Shown piece by piece: positions 46,501-60,150 of a stretch of DNA of 64,000 bases. This DNA is from Amphiscolops sp. MND2022 (taxonomy: Eukaryota): positions 43,586,001 to 43,650,000 of the forward strand of contig OZ076420.1 of assembly GCA_964187785.1 (NCBI GenBank), written 5' to 3'. Below the pieces are notes generated by a model. That model ran no database searches and was not told the origin of the DNA. It worked only from the letters and a program-made list of their open reading frames with translations. Numbering within the stretch: the stretch's first letter is position 1; each line of letters begins with the position of its first letter. The translations under genes were made by a program, and so were the position numbers.

Positions 46501-49500
46501 TTCACGAATGTTCATAACCCTATTTTACACAACAACTCGACAAAATAGGGCCTCCCCAGAAAAAGTGGTAACTGCTTTTCAAAAACCTCATAGTAGTTGG
46601 TTGAAAAATGTTTAAAAAAACTCCTTCGTTCGAAATGATTGAACACTTTTTATAATTTCAAAGGATACCAGAAACTCGCAACGACTCACAAGCTGCTCAA
46701 AGATTCTGCATTTAGTTGGCGGAAGTTCAAAACCATGAAGATTTTATATTTTCAAAAGGCGTTAGTTCTATTTTCATACGCAGCTGAGTCTCCATTAGGT
46801 TTACCGGCGTTCCAATACTGAGGAAATACAGTCAAATGAAAACTGCACACTAGCGTTCTTTCCTGTGTGCTATTCGTCAAGCGGAGATCATATCAGCAGA
46901 CGTGTAGCGGAGCAGTCAATGTGATAATAAAACGTGATTGTGTTCGCAATTAATTTGCAATTTTTTCAATTTTGTTTTGTGAAAAAACTGCAAAGATGCT
47001 CGGTGAAATTTATTCAGTTTTTGAAATACCGCGCATGGTTTCGGTTACTATGCTTTTTGACTCAAGATTACAAAACATTGCAACTGAGAGTTAAGTCCAT
47101 TCCAAGAACTACTTTCATGCATTCTGTTATATATTAGAAAATCAAAGATGTTGTTTTCAGTTCTTGAATTGGTTCCAAAAATAACGGCGTCTCAGGTGCA
47201 TGGGGTAAAAGATTTGACGCATATAAAAACCTTCAAAGATTCATTGTTTTGATATGCCGTCTAGTGATTGATGAAAACTTTAAGCAGCTTGATGAAAGAC
47301 GAGTAAAACATGAGAATATGATGCATAAAAGTGCCCGTAAGAATTTTGTAAAAAGTTTTCTCAATCATGGAAGGCTTCAGCAAGTCTGATAATTTATGCA
47401 TTCTAGCAAATTTTTTGAATTTGTTCAATAATAAAAGTGTTTCCAAATTATTAAGTTGAATCAGATTCATAACGTTGTAGTTATATCAAACAGAGTTTGG
47501 TACTTTTCACTGTGTTTCACTCCTTGATCAGTTCATCAGTTTTTTTCAGTCCAGTGGTAATTGAGAGTATCACTACTACCAAAATAATTGATTGTTTAGG
47601 CCATTTCACGGTTAAATTCATACATGGGATTTTATCAATGATAAGCAATCGCAACATGGCTTCTCATCCATGATTGTCCATGAATCATGGATATCTTTTC
47701 ATGGATATCATTGAACGACTCTCGGCATGGGGAACTCAAGAATCATGGAAGAATTATGAATGTAAAACCATGACCCGCAAACATAGGTGTGAAACTTTAG
47801 AAAATAAAATTTGATTTTTTTTGTGTCGTAATTGAACTCGATTACGTACCAAATAACATAAGAGCAACTAATGTCGTTTTTATGTTATTTAAATAACATG
47901 AAAACGAAATTAGTCCCATTTAACATAAAAGTGAAATTAGTTTCATATAACATAAAATGAAGCCGAATACCCGGTTAAACAATCGAACGCACGAACTTTT
48001 ACCTGTAATTTTAATTTTCAGTGAATCTTTTGAATTGTGAATGCTTTTGACCACTAAAACTTTGTCGTAAGCAATTTTGTTTTAATGTTTTGTGCAACTC
48101 ATTTCATTTTTATGTTATTTGAAACTAGTTTAGTTTTTTGTTATTTGCTCTTCTGTTATTTGGGAGTCCACCATTAAACTCACCTTCTTCAGTGTCATCA
48201 GTTTTTTTAGTCTGTCCTCATTGGTCATGGCGTTATCTCCGGAGTTCGGCGGTGGCCTCATGACGTCATCACATCTGTTGTCTGTCTTCGCTTCCCCATC
48301 CTGTACCTTTTCGTCCTCAGTTCCCGTCTTTTTGTCCTCCCTTAATTCACAGATGTTCAAATTACAGGAACGATTTATTTTTTTTACAAATAATGACATT
48401 TAGTAAAGTTCAAATAGCTTCAATTTAAATAAGTGTAGATTCAAGTGCATTATAGGAAGGAACTCGTCATATTATTCTATCTTCCGTTAACTAAAGTTTC
48501 ATTCAGCCAAAAATATGACAAAGACTTTCACCGTTGCAAAAAAAGTGAAAGAAACTGTCACTAAGTCAGAAAGAAGTGAAAAATGTAATCACGAAGTCAA
48601 AAATTTTAGTACTTAAAAGTCAGCCTGTCTTCTGCCGAGACTACAGGAAAGGGGGAAGAAAAATGTAATTCTCAGCCAGCGTTTTTTTCTGAATTTTACC
48701 AAGTCTTCTTTTACATTTGAATGATAAAGTTCATTTTACAGAATTTATCGACGTAAAATAGAGGTTCATACCACGTATGTATGGCATGCTAACTGAGTTT
48801 CTTGGTCAGAATTCAATCATTTCTCACTTCCTCGCCTGCACATTCGAATTCTGTGAAAGTACCGGAAAAATGTTGCAAATTGATGAACCCAAAATTACAT
48901 TTGAAGAAGTTTTGAAAGATATTATCAGAGTGACGTGGTTCTTTTTTTTCCTCTCACCACTAAATATTTTTAGAAACTTTGGGGAAAATATAGGGACAAA
49001 AGACTTATAATCAAACCCAAAACCTTCAATTTTAAATTAAATTTGAAGTTAGCAGTTTAGGATACAAATACAAACTTTGTACACACTATTGTCCCTTTGA
49101 AGTCACTCATTTTTGATCAGGAAGTCAACAGCTTCAGCTTTTGAGTCACAGAAAAGTTAAACTTTCAACAAAATCACCGTCAAAATGTGTGAAAAATGTT
49201 TTGTTCAAACCTCCTGCTGTGGAAAAAGATTTCAATTTTGTTCAAGCCAATTCGAAAAAAAAAGACTTTTTATATGTTCACCTTAAAACTTTTGATTGTG
49301 GTGGTGGGGGGACGAAAAAAAGCCGGTACCTAATAAATAGTGTGGTAGAAAATTCTAATATTTGAATCTCAAGTATTGTAAGTAGCATTTACATAGACAA
49401 ACTATATTTTTTCATCCGTACCTGGGTTTGGCAGTCTTCGGAGTAGCTTCCTTCTCGTTAGCCCCATTCTGAGTCTGGGCTTTGAAATTCTTTTCTCTCT

Positions 49501-49626
49501 GCTGGATGATTCGGAGGATGAGACAGTAGAGGATTACGGACACAATTACCGGCAGTAGGTAGAACGCGAAGAAGTTGAAATAGAACACGTGGTACACGTT
49601 TCTCCCGATGAACTTCTTTTCTGGGT
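31571..49626 (-). CDS. Class A (rhodopsin-family) GPCR, TRH-receptor-like; 3' exons only (TM5 to C-terminus)
   Basis: Exons 49626-49422 (TM5 FYLLPVIVSVILYCLILRII), 48340-48184 (ICL3), 41033-40810 (TM6 FVLLMSPYR; TM7 LYFSNSIVNPFLYNVMAKRF) and 31811-31571 (helix 8 and tail to TAG). GT-AG junctions are phase-compatible (2, 0, 2). TM1-TM4 exons were not found. Confidence 0.85.
33637..34890 (+). mobile_element. Solo LTR of a third Gypsy family with a decayed gag N-terminus
   Basis: Inverted termini TGTTACG...CGTAACA. TATAAATA at 34365-34372. Decayed ORF from 34507 (MTTRSRKR*AVAELVSGD...NQKEMLKLI...TPSNSRN). The TSD is only partly matching (ATTTG/ATTAC). Confidence 0.68.
35184..35600 (+). repeat. 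Dispersed non-coding repeat family (AACAAGACG..CTAAAGTCGGCGC.ATATCTAAGGCTCAAAA)
   Basis: Related copies at about 32570, 56891-57350 and, inverted, about 43800-44139. All share AGTGCCGAAAA and GACCCTTTG motifs. Class unknown. Confidence 0.7.
39833..40702. repeat. Spacerless palindrome with 435-bp arms centred at 40267/40268
   Basis: The same ORF appears on both strands (39770-40204 minus, 40331-40711 plus). Arms differ by two single-base homopolymer indels seen. The arm sequence resembles the repeat at about 63830-64000. Confidence 0.95.
44700..44810 (-). repeat. tRNA-derived SINE-like fragment
   Basis: A-box-like TAGTCGGCCTATTGGTTA and B-box-like GGGTTCGAGCC on the minus strand. No complete cloverleaf. 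Confidence 0.4.
45033..45470 (-). pseudogene. Tc1/mariner (DD34E-type) transposase C-terminal remnant
   Basis: The minus-strand frame, absent from the ORF track, reads ...KYIQIVSDFIPYAKALYPNCWVLQQDGARPHTSKKTLEFFQENSIQKMLWPVNSPYLSPIKNLWSIMK... followed by stops. Confidence 0.85.
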
Positions 49627-52339
49627 CTAAAAGAAAAAGAAATGAACAACAGTAAGTAGTTTCTAAGCACTCTGAAAACATTGATGGAAACTTTCACTAC
49701 TTTTATTTGCTACTTTCCAGTTCAATTGAATCTCCTGTTGATGACAACCGAGTTGACCCTCTCACTACAATCTTGGCTGACCAGATCTTGCAATTATTTT
49801 GCTACTGTAACGTTCAGCAAAATGTTTTGCCCTAGATTAGGGCAGATACTTCCGACATCTAGACCGGACACCCATCATGGTGTCTTTGTCACCCAAACTA
49901 TCAGATTTTATTCCAATTTGTTTGAGAAAAATTTATTACAAGAACGGGAAGTAATTGTTCACATGTCGAACAGGTTCTTCATTTTAGGGCTTGGGGGCGA
50001 CGTGCCGGAACACTTCATGTCTCGACACGTCATTAATGAACGTAAAAACGGTTTTGGGGTTCCTGGGTGATTCTACATAATTTTAAGGATCGAGAAAGAC
50101 AATTTTTGCAGAAAATTAAATTGAAGAATATTTGCAAAAATGAGCAATTTGGTTGATTCTTTCGAGCTCGCTAGAGAAAACACACACAGATCTCGGTCTC
50201 ATTTTTTGCTCGCAATTTTTGGTACGTTATTGTGACTTTAGTGATCGGTTCTTAAAGCTAACTTGAGAAGACATCAGCGCTTATTGAAAAGAATGAATCC
50301 AGCTCTGCATGAAAAATTTAGAAAAGTTGGGATCCCATGACTACCAGCAGCGTGTTCTACATGCCAACGTTCATAAATGTTGATAATAATTTAAATAGAT
50401 GTAACAACTCCTGCGCCAATTACAAAATGCTCATGAACAAAATGGTTTTTGAAAAATGTCAAACAAAATAACGTTAGTGGAAAAATTGATCATATGCCAA
50501 TCAAGTTGACTTGTAAGCCGAATTGGTGTGTCAATCAATTTCAGAAGATAGAGTCTGAGAGTTATGGCCCTTGTTTCCTGTTGATTGAAACTAGGTAGTG
50601 CTTTTTCGCAAACCGCGTTTTGAAGGAAGAATTTTTGCAGATCTTTGCAGATATGTGCAGATTCGAAAAAAACCGACGTACTCAGAAACACAAAAAAACC
50701 CACAGCGACGTCAAACGAATAATAAAAATGTTTAAAACTGGAGAGAAGTCTCATTTATGTCAAAATGATAAAACATTTTCCTGTAGCAATCTGTAAAGAT
50801 CTGTAGAGATTATAGATATTTACAGATCTTTACAGAGCCAAACAATGACGAATAAATTACTATAACGTATTCCGAGTTAACAGCAATTACTAAAAATACT
50901 ATGTTGCAGGAAATATTATAACAACAACACTTTATCAACACATCGACCAACCCAGAAGGTTGCCACATAAACAAAGACAGACTTCTCTGCGATATGTGGA
51001 GACACTACAATAACCAATTCGACGAAGACAACTATTGTACATGGTTAAAGGTGTGCGACAATGTAGAAACATGGGACAAAGATGTTAGAAAGAATTTGGG
51101 AGCCATCCCATCATTTAATAGCTGAAAATCCACATCATCAACAACATCAACAACAACAACATGTCAAGTTTTATTTGCCAAAACGAAGTCAATATGGCAA
51201 AGAAGCCTCTCAAAGTTGAACAACCGCTTCTGGAAAGTTCGAGTGAAATACATAAATTAGTGTATGACTATACCAAAGATTCCCCAGACACCAAAATTAC
51301 CATGATGGGGACAATATTTCCTTCTCATGAATTTTGAGTGATGGAGAGTTTCTACTGACTGACCTTAGGTCAGCTAAAATACTCGATAAAGTAGTTGAGG
51401 AAGTCCAAAAATGCAGTATATTTGTTCCTTGAAAGCTGCAGAAAAACATGTTTCTGCAAAAATCTTTAAAGAAAATCTGCACACTTCTGTAAAGATCTTG
51501 CAGATCTGTATGGATCTTCAAGATTCAGTGCAGCGATCTTTGCAGAACCCTGCAGATCTGCACAGATTCGCAAAGATCGAAAACCTGGGTAGTAATCCTA
51601 CAAAATGTTTCCATGCATGGCCCCTGAATTTTCCATGTTTTATAAAAAAAATAGCGGGCATTTTTTGAAGGTGCCTGTAAAACTTCGCGGCAACTTCGAC
51701 TAGGGCGAACATGCAATACCATCAGATCGATAGGTCAAGCAGTCGATTTTGGCATTAGGATAGTGCACTCTAGGACGTGACGTCTCAACTATCCAGACCA
51801 GGTCGTCGGGAAATATTGAATTGGTTGCATCAATAATCCCATTGACATTTGTTGGGACCGCTCAGCAGAGAACCTTTTTCCTTTATTACTTTTGTCAAAA
51901 TTGCATTGACATTGGCTTACATCGCGCATGTGGTTTTCGATAGTTAAAGTCGGTTGTTGAAGTGATTGCGGACGACAAGCTGGGGCTATTTCTGCCGAGG
52001 AGAACCGGATTGGGCTTTATATGCATCTGTCTTCGCAAGGTCAGAGCTGAATTGATTTAGCGGCCGCGTTTTCAAGGACGTTTCAACTAAGCAGAGGACA
52101 GTGTAAAGAAGCTCGTCATAAAACTACGATTGCCAAAAATGCATTCGAAAACTTGCTCGCAACTGCGTACAAGACGCTGACAAGACCCGCCTTTTCAAGG
52201 AGTGCCAGATAACTGAACTTCCGAAGTATTTATTTGTGGACCAGTTGTTCTGGTTCTTGATGGTTTCATTGCTGATGCTTTAGACATTTTCGGTGTCGCT
52301 TCAGACAAACTTGGTGTCATTTGCTGACCAAATAACCGG

Positions 52340-52720
52340 GGTGTCACGACGCACAACGAAACTGAAAATTCCCATGATACACGAGCTAATGACAAGATCC
52401 AGATGTACAGCTTGTGTTGGAAGGCAGATGAATGAAAAGGTGAAAGGAAAAATATTTTACATCGGTGAATGTGGAGGGAGAGTCTTCGAACGACAGTTTT
52501 CATTGAGGATGTCGGCCACCTAAGGTACGAACGTTTCGGACAATTCTCCGCCCACACCTCTGTTCTCCGACACGTATTTTCGATGTTGCGTATTGTGCTT
52601 CTGAGTTCCAGAACAGCGTTTTGCTATTGAACATTCACGGTCCGCATGGAGCAAGCGTTACTGATAGCGCAAATCATTCAAGTGTCCGATAACAACCATC
52701 CACGGTATTTGGATACTTTA
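52340..52720 (+). pseudogene. Possible Penelope-like GIY-YIG endonuclease remnant
   Basis: RCTAC...KIFYIGECGGRVFER resembles C..C..YIGETGR..R. EQALLI follows downstream. Frameshifted, and no adjacent RT was recognised. Confidence 0.3.
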
Positions 52721-53869
52721 CATCGACTCGCTTGACTCAATCAATAGATAGCACAAGACCGTCAAAGCCAATACAAGGCAAAAACTGACATATACGGCAT
52801 TTTGGAAGCAACAGTTCATTGCCAATCCACTTTTTTTCCGGCGGGGAAACATTCGTGTTTTGTCAAGAGTAAGTGTTTGGAAACGGCAAAAATAACCCAT
52901 TTTCCGTTACATCTCCTTAGGTGTCAATTCGTCGACAGAAAAACGTGGAATAAAAACAATTACTCGTAGCAATTTGTAAGAGCTGCTCAATTTCTTCCAT
53001 TGAATAAGTGTTCGTGTTTCTGGTTCATTTTTCTCTCGCAAGGCAAGGCACTTTCATTTTGTTCGGTATGTTATTTCTTAAGGGAACAAAAGATTCTGAA
53101 ATCGGATCTGTTTCCAACAGCCAATCAACAAAAAGCAATTATTTTGGCCCGAAGTACTAGATGCGAACGTTTACAGCTGCAGCTGAAGAGCTTCAAATAC
53201 CATGAACTGTTGAATGTCAGCCCGCAAAATGGCCGCCAAGATGACGGCTTGTAAATCCTATTTAGGAACTATTAATGACTGACTTCATCAGAGGCACGCA
53301 AGCTTTTTCGATCACGAATAACAAAAAAGAGGTCGGTCAATTGTTCTGGAGGGCTTACTTCGTAAGAAGGCGACCACACTGAAGACCTCCGGCGAATTAG
53401 TACTTTCCAGACCCATCCAGCAATTCGTTTGGATACGTCAGCGGGTCAATTAGAGTGAGACTGCTCTCACTTGTTAACAGTGTGTAGAGACCACCATTCC
53501 TGCATATTGGGACGCACCGTGTTGACTGCCTAATTCAACGACTCAGCGCTGCGCAGGTCGGAAGTAAAGCCGAGAAATGTAATTCCCAGTTCTTGCATCA
53601 TTGGTGATGCACCCCAGTGAGAAATTAGTTGGCAAATTACATCTGCGTTTTTCTTATCTTTGTAAATCCTAACATTCCATTGTTGAGGTTTCAGTTAGAA
53701 ACTTTTAGTTTCACTATATCCCGTGCATTGAATTGTTTCCCGCAGTTTAGGTCCACTTTTCTAATTTTGAATTAAATTTACACTTCAGATTTTGGTAGTT
53801 TTAGAAATTAGAAATTCTTTCATGAAACAATGTTTGAAAAAGTTGATGGATCTCTGTCTCCCCCTGTTG

Positions 53870-54098
53870 GACGCCCGTACGATGATGTCGCAGCAGAGGC
53901 GTCAGTTTGTTTATTTCTTTCCTCGTTCTGCTCAATTATTCTTTCCAGCATGGCCTTCAGTGTGGACATTTCGTTTTGGAGATGGTTCAATCTCTCCTCA
54001 TTAACTTGTTGGGAACTTATCCCATTCGCCGGTGAATTACGCCCAGATTGAGTTTGCTCATCTAAGGGATTTGTATTACTTTCCATGTTCGCACTCAA
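53870..54098 (-). pseudogene. Probable gag N-terminal fragment or LTR remnant of another Gypsy family
   Basis: MSANMESNTNPLDE...LQNEMSTLKAMLERIIEQNEERNKQ is a coiled-coil N-terminus ending near an LTR-end-like TCGTAC. LTR limits are not resolved. Confidence 0.4.
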
Positions 54099-56890
54099 AT
54101 CGATACAACTAGACCTGATTACTGAGTCGGATGAAGATTGAAACAGTATTTTCCCGTTTCTGAGTATTCTAGGAGAGCTAGTACTAATGCGATAAAGAAG
54201 GAAATATTGTATGTGGATAAGAGTTGAATTGTTGTATTGTATGTAAGGATCAAATCTAAATTGCGAGTTTACAAAGTATCAGAAGTGTGTACTGTCTATT
54301 GTGCGGTCCATTTCGTGTGTCGCGTCGCTAGTAGCTTCTCTCTTGGTAGATGGTAAGACACAAATTCTTACCATCGGAACGTCCCGATTGGATGCCAGCT
54401 GAGTGCTAATCAGCACTTGGTCACGTGACCGGTTATTATACATGTCGCCCGAGGGCTACTATCTAACGATTGCGCGCCAATTCAATATTAAACCAATTAA
54501 CATGAATCTGTAATGCGTTCAAACTGGTAATGAGCAATAATTACCATCTGAGTCCCCATAAGCATCATAAATGCATCGCAATGGGGTATTGAATGATCAG
54601 GTGTTCAATTAAAGAAATTCCAAGAAAAAGCGATGTGGAAACGATGATTCTATTGCACTAGAATGATTAAATCATGAAATTCAATAGGTTCTGTCGTTTA
54701 GACATCGTTTTCACTAGTTGAGATTGTGAGTATGGCTGTAGATGTAGAAACGATGAATGAGTTTCGGTCTGTAGTATGCGTGATCAACTAGATGTGAAAA
54801 CGATGAAGCAAGTTATTGGTGAAGCGCAGAGTACAAATGGGGGTGGGTACATCGCGTTTTCATCGTTATGTGCAATTCCGTTCTCGATGTGTGAACGATG
54901 AAAGGTTTCCATCTGTTTCACATCGTCAATAAGATAGCACAAATTATTCAATCAAGAGGTTTGTTTCATCGCTTTTACATCGTTCCTTAATTTTCAGATT
55001 TTCTGTGGTTCTGGCATGGTTAAACGATGTAACATAGAAGAAATTTATTAGATTGCGGCTAATTTCTAATTTCAGCACAAATATCATTGTTTTAGCATCA
55101 ATTTATTGTCGTTAAGAGAGAGGAGGCTTGCTGCGCTAGTTTTCTCTGAGGCAGGAGCTTTCCAGCGCGTGTCAGTCTCATCTTTTTCCATCCGACGGTC
55201 CAGTTTGACCGAGAGACTACTTTCATTTTTTCGCGACTAGCCAATAATGAAAAATAGCATCTTTGCTGATTAGCACGATCATGAATTGCGGGCATCGGAA
55301 CTAGAGTGCTCAGTATTAAATAAATAAACTACTCAAATCTCAGAGGGGGGAATAATGGAATTAGGTACAGGTAATGTATGGTTGCTCACAACCATAGCTT
55401 TTATTATTTGACTTCATATTGCCCATAGATAGGTACGGTACATATGACATAATGTTTTACATTACAAATGTTTAGTAGAAAATATTTCCATCATGCTGGC
55501 ATGACATCCCCCTTTACAGCAAAAAGGGGGGACAAAGTGAAACACTATTAAATACACGTATTGCACATTCTAATAGCGCAGATCTGCTATTATTTAACAA
55601 CGCTTATGATTGGCTGAGTGGCGATTTTGATAATGAGAGCCAATGAAAAGTGTCGATAGTTATGACGAGATCAATTGAATGACAGAATAACATGAAAGAT
55701 CAGCCAATAGGAGATGAGTATAAATGAGCCACAAACATTCTTTTTCCCTAGGGGGGACATAGTGTAACGCGTGATGTAGGAGGGACATAGTGAAAGAGAT
55801 CGAAGTTGATTTTATACAAACATTCATAAAATTCAATAGACTATCCAATCAGGACAGGCGATATCATATGGCGGTTGACCTCCATATCACAAGAGGGATA
55901 ATACATGAACTTACATCTAGGATTTATTTAATCAGTTGTTCCAGTTTTCTTTCAGACGTTCAATTTTTGAACAGCCTCCTTTGAGGTTCTTCACTGTCGG
56001 GCAGTCGTTGGAGTATCGGTAGACAGTCAACGAGGGGGAGGGGGTTGCGAGGCCTAGATATCAAAGTTGTTGGTTCTGTTCCCCCGGCTTGACAACCTGT
56101 TTTTACTAACGGTACAAGTAAAAGACCTCCAGAAAAAAAATACTAGCTTCGAAACTGGAATGCAAACACTCTGTCATCGACTATGGTAGTATTGATAGCA
56201 TCGTGTTGCACCCGTAACCTGTAGTTTTGATTCTCATGCGCCAAAAGATGATGATTATCTTACAGAACGTTTCGAAGAATATTCTTTATTCCATTAACTT
56301 CATCAACTGCGAACACGAACTATATACTATCAGCAGGTTTTAAAATGATTTGATTTGAATTTTGAATTTAGATGAACAGGAAATGTATTCAAATATCTAT
56401 TCACTGGAGGGAAGTAAGTGCCATAGTTTTATTAGCGAACACAGATGTCGAGGTAATTGAATAATTTTGGTTGTGATCAGATTTCCTCTATTGACTGCTA
56501 CTATGTCCTTTTGCTACCGGTATTTGTGGAATTTCCCGAAGTGGTTTAACTGAACTGTTAATCTATTTTGAAAAGTTTAATAATATTCTTTCGCTAATCG
56601 AATGAAACTCAACTTTTATGACAGTTATCGATAACTGTCATAAAAATTAACAAATTCGCTCACAAATCATAATGCATTTGGACAAAGTTCACTTAGGACT
56701 GAAAATTGGGACTCAATCTGTGGTGTTTTGTTGGAATATACAATAAATCTGATCATTGTAAGAGCTAATGGCAAGATGCATTTGCAGAAACATGAAGTGG
56801 AAACTGAGTTTCCTCTTTGCGTCTCTACTTTAGAAACTCAGAAGCAAATACTTAAATTACAGACAAGCTTTGGTTCCCAAACACAAGTTG

Positions 56891-57350
56891 AACAAGACGG
56901 GAACGTCTAAAGTCGGCGCTATATCTAAGGCTCAAAAAGCGCAAAAGACTTTTTTTGAAAAAAACTTGAAATTTTTGAATTTTTTTCTTTCAGAAAATGT
57001 CGCATAGTGCCGAAAAATGTAAAATGTAGGACCCTTTGGGCTTTATTAACATATATTCTGTTGCAAAATATCAAGTAACTCGAAAGGGGGACTCTTTTGA
57101 GACATTAAAAAATTTTCGAAAAAAAGTCGCACAATGCCGAAAAAAATCGAGACCCTTTAGTCTCGTCCGGTTTTGTAGGTTACATTAAAATAGTAAAAAT
57201 GAAAGGGGGTCCATTTTGCACTAATTTCCGCTGACCGGACTTGGCCTTATGGTAGTAGCTTTAGTAGTTTCGATTGTAAGAAAAGTTGTAACGGCATCCT
57301 GTGATCAACAAAGTTTTTCGAAGTTTTGACAGTTTTCTGAAAATTCGTTC
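56891..57350 (+). repeat. Copy of the AACAAGACG repeat family
   Basis: Starts AACAAGACGGGAACGTCTAAAGTCGGCGCTATATCTAAGGCTCAAAAAG, as at 35184. Confidence 0.7.
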
Positions 57351-60054
57351 AAAAATGACGTGGCCCTCAAACATGATTTCAGGAGGTACCTGCCCGCAAA
57401 AATCATAGAGAGACAAAAGAAGCAGACCCCGCGAGGCGGAGAAAAAAGGCAGAAAGTCGGAAAAAGCAGAAAACACGTACAAAAAGACCCGTGAAACGCC
57501 ACGAAACCGAAAAACTGTAGCCTATGAGCTAATTTCCACGGTGCCCATCACAGTTCGTGCCGAACCAGAATGTCGGAGTGATAGCAATATCCGGACCCAG
57601 GGTTGTGCCAAACGCTAGTGCCAGTGCCATGCCACCTCGACCCAATTCGCCAAACTGGATTTTAACTCTTTTTTGATGTATTTACCGATTTGTTTGATGA
57701 ATTCTTAATTCGAGAGCTACCCTTGTTGATGTCATTTACGTTAGATTCCCATCTGGATCGTTTAATTTAGTTCTATGCAACTTAGCCCCTTTTTTACAGG
57801 CTATTTACACAGTGGATACGAAGAAAAAAGCGTATTTCATGTGACTAGTAGCAGTAACAGACCGGAACAGGTCAGAAAGCATCTCTAGAGACGGTTCCCC
57901 CTTCTCGGGACCGGCATTCCTTAGGAGGACAAAATGGACTGGAGTTATGGTGATTGGTCCCGAATCTTAATCCATGACATCAGTTCCTCCACCCCTTGTA
58001 GCGAACAAACGCTAAGCGTTTTTCATTACAAGTGGCCCAATCAGAGTGAGATTGTAGTCTGACGAAAAAAAAAGAAAAAGAAAAAAAAGTAGTCACTGTA
58101 ATAGTCGGGCACTTTTCATCAGAAAAGCGCGTACTAAAAAGTGCTGGAAAATGGCAGTTGGCATTGAAACATTGAAACTGTTTAAATTGTACATTATACG
58201 TTCCTGCGAGGCACCTCCGTATTTTCTACGTACTTGTGACGAGTCATCTAGGGTACATTGTTGTGTATTTCTTTCATAAAACCTATTTTTTTACTCTCTA
58301 CCTTTTTTTAAAAAAAGATGAAGTGAGCGTTGAGATGAGTAATGTTTTTGTTCCAGTAATAAGTTCTTGAATATATCGGGAGATAGGAAACGTGGTCCGT
58401 GTACGACCTTTGATTGAGTTCAAGTCATTGTTCTATTCTTTTTTGATACAACTAATTTTTGAAAGAGATTTTCGCAGCCTGCTAAAACTACCCAACTCAA
58501 TCAGTAGGTTTTTTATCTGCATCAAAAACGTCAATTATGTGGGAGAAATTCGTTTTACGCTGTTTTTAAGATGTTTCCTGATTTCGAAACACTAGTTTAG
58601 ATCTTTAACCTTCGAGATAGAAAAAACTAAAAAGAGTGAAACGTTCTATTAAATAGTTCTTATCTGTATGGCTTGTACATGGCCTGCTTTCTTCCTCTAA
58701 TATCCTCCTGTGCCTCTGTCGATAGTGGTAGATAAAAAATTGCGTTAGCAAAAGTCAATTTATACATCGTATATTCAGACTCAGCGATACTAATATACCA
58801 ATATGTGAAAGTTTTAGAAATTGGCGTTTTCATGAAAATCCCATTATGTGGGCGAAGCTCAGAATATAGACAGAGCTTTGTTTATCACATTTCTAGTTCG
58901 TCGGATTAGTAAAAGCAGCTTAAAAGGCTGACAATAGCATGTTTTGCTGAGGACTATCGTGTGAACTCGGAGTTTATTTAGTGGAAGACACCACGTAAAG
59001 AAATATTGAAATCAGTTTCGGAAATTTGACCGAAAATATTCGGAGATTCGACCAAGAAAACCAATCATCTATAAATCGAATCTTTGAAACCCAATAATTT
59101 GCAATTCCCCACCTCAAAGTCTAATTTTTTGTGGAATCATGATATTCGGCACACTCGTAGGTGAACTGATGGGCAACTTTCTGGTAGCCTTGAAACCAAG
59201 TCCGGATCCCCCGGCCCAGGGTTATTAGCACAGGAAGTGCACTGGGTCGACTCCCTGCGGGTGCGTCAGCAGAATTCGGAACAAAAGGAAACAAGAAGGA
59301 GACTTGATCTACATGGAATGCGGACTTTGCACAAGTTGTTGAACTATTTGTCATGGGAGGCAATGGATGCTTAGTCGAAGTATAATCAATGGCATTGCCT
59401 TTCCATGAAAGAAATGGTGAGCATGAAGATGAAAGCAAGAAGTTAGAAGGAGGCGACACCCAGTAATGAAAATGTCAACTATGATAGAATGAGAAGATGA
59501 GATCACTAGAAACGAACGCGATGAACAAACATAATTGAGGTAGATGTTGAATTTCAACATGTCGGGGACTTCTATTTTGCGCTCCAACTAAGTTGGCTGC
59601 ATCGCGATTTGCAATTTTTGTTACAGAACCAGATTTGAATTTTTAATAAAACGTTATTCGATTATTATTTCAACTTTTTAGTCAATTCAAGATGGCGGAA
59701 TAACTTGAACTACTGGAGAGATTTTGCATAAGCGGGTACACACAAAAGAACCGCAATTAATAACCAAAAAAATTCTAACACTTAAATTTCAGGGAACTTT
59801 TCTCTGCCCTCGCAATCTATTTTTTCTTCATTATACATATGCAAAACTTCTCTCTCTCTCTTAAACAGGAGCCAGTCTTGTGCCTTCCAACCCAACATCC
59901 CATACTGTATTAATATTACACTCTGATCATTTTTGTTATTTTCCGCCCACATAATTGGGGGAGGAAAATCATGATCTGTGACGCGTTTTTTTACAAATTC
60001 TGCCCAAACTATACTTTATCTCCACTCCATGGAGTGAAGTGCACTTCACTTATT

Positions 60055-60150
60055 GCTTTCCCAGCCAGTAGGTCGTGGGTTCGAATCCGGGCTAGTGCTT
60101 CAAATTTTTTCGTGTTTCCCAGCCAGTAGGACGTGGGTTCGATCCTCTCC
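60055..60150 (+). repeat. SINE-like tandem B-box modules
   Basis: CCAGCCAGTAGG.CGTGGGTTCGA(A)TCC occurs twice. No full tRNA fold. Confidence 0.45.

Noticed and set aside
51300-51375. Candidate upstream GPCR exon (ttttag|CTGACC...CATG|gtaatt)
   Set aside because: Its only open frame ends in phase 2, while the next exon (49626) needs phase 1, and it has no transmembrane character.
60055-60150. tRNA genes
   Set aside because: Only B-box-like motifs are present, with no acceptor stem or cloverleaf.
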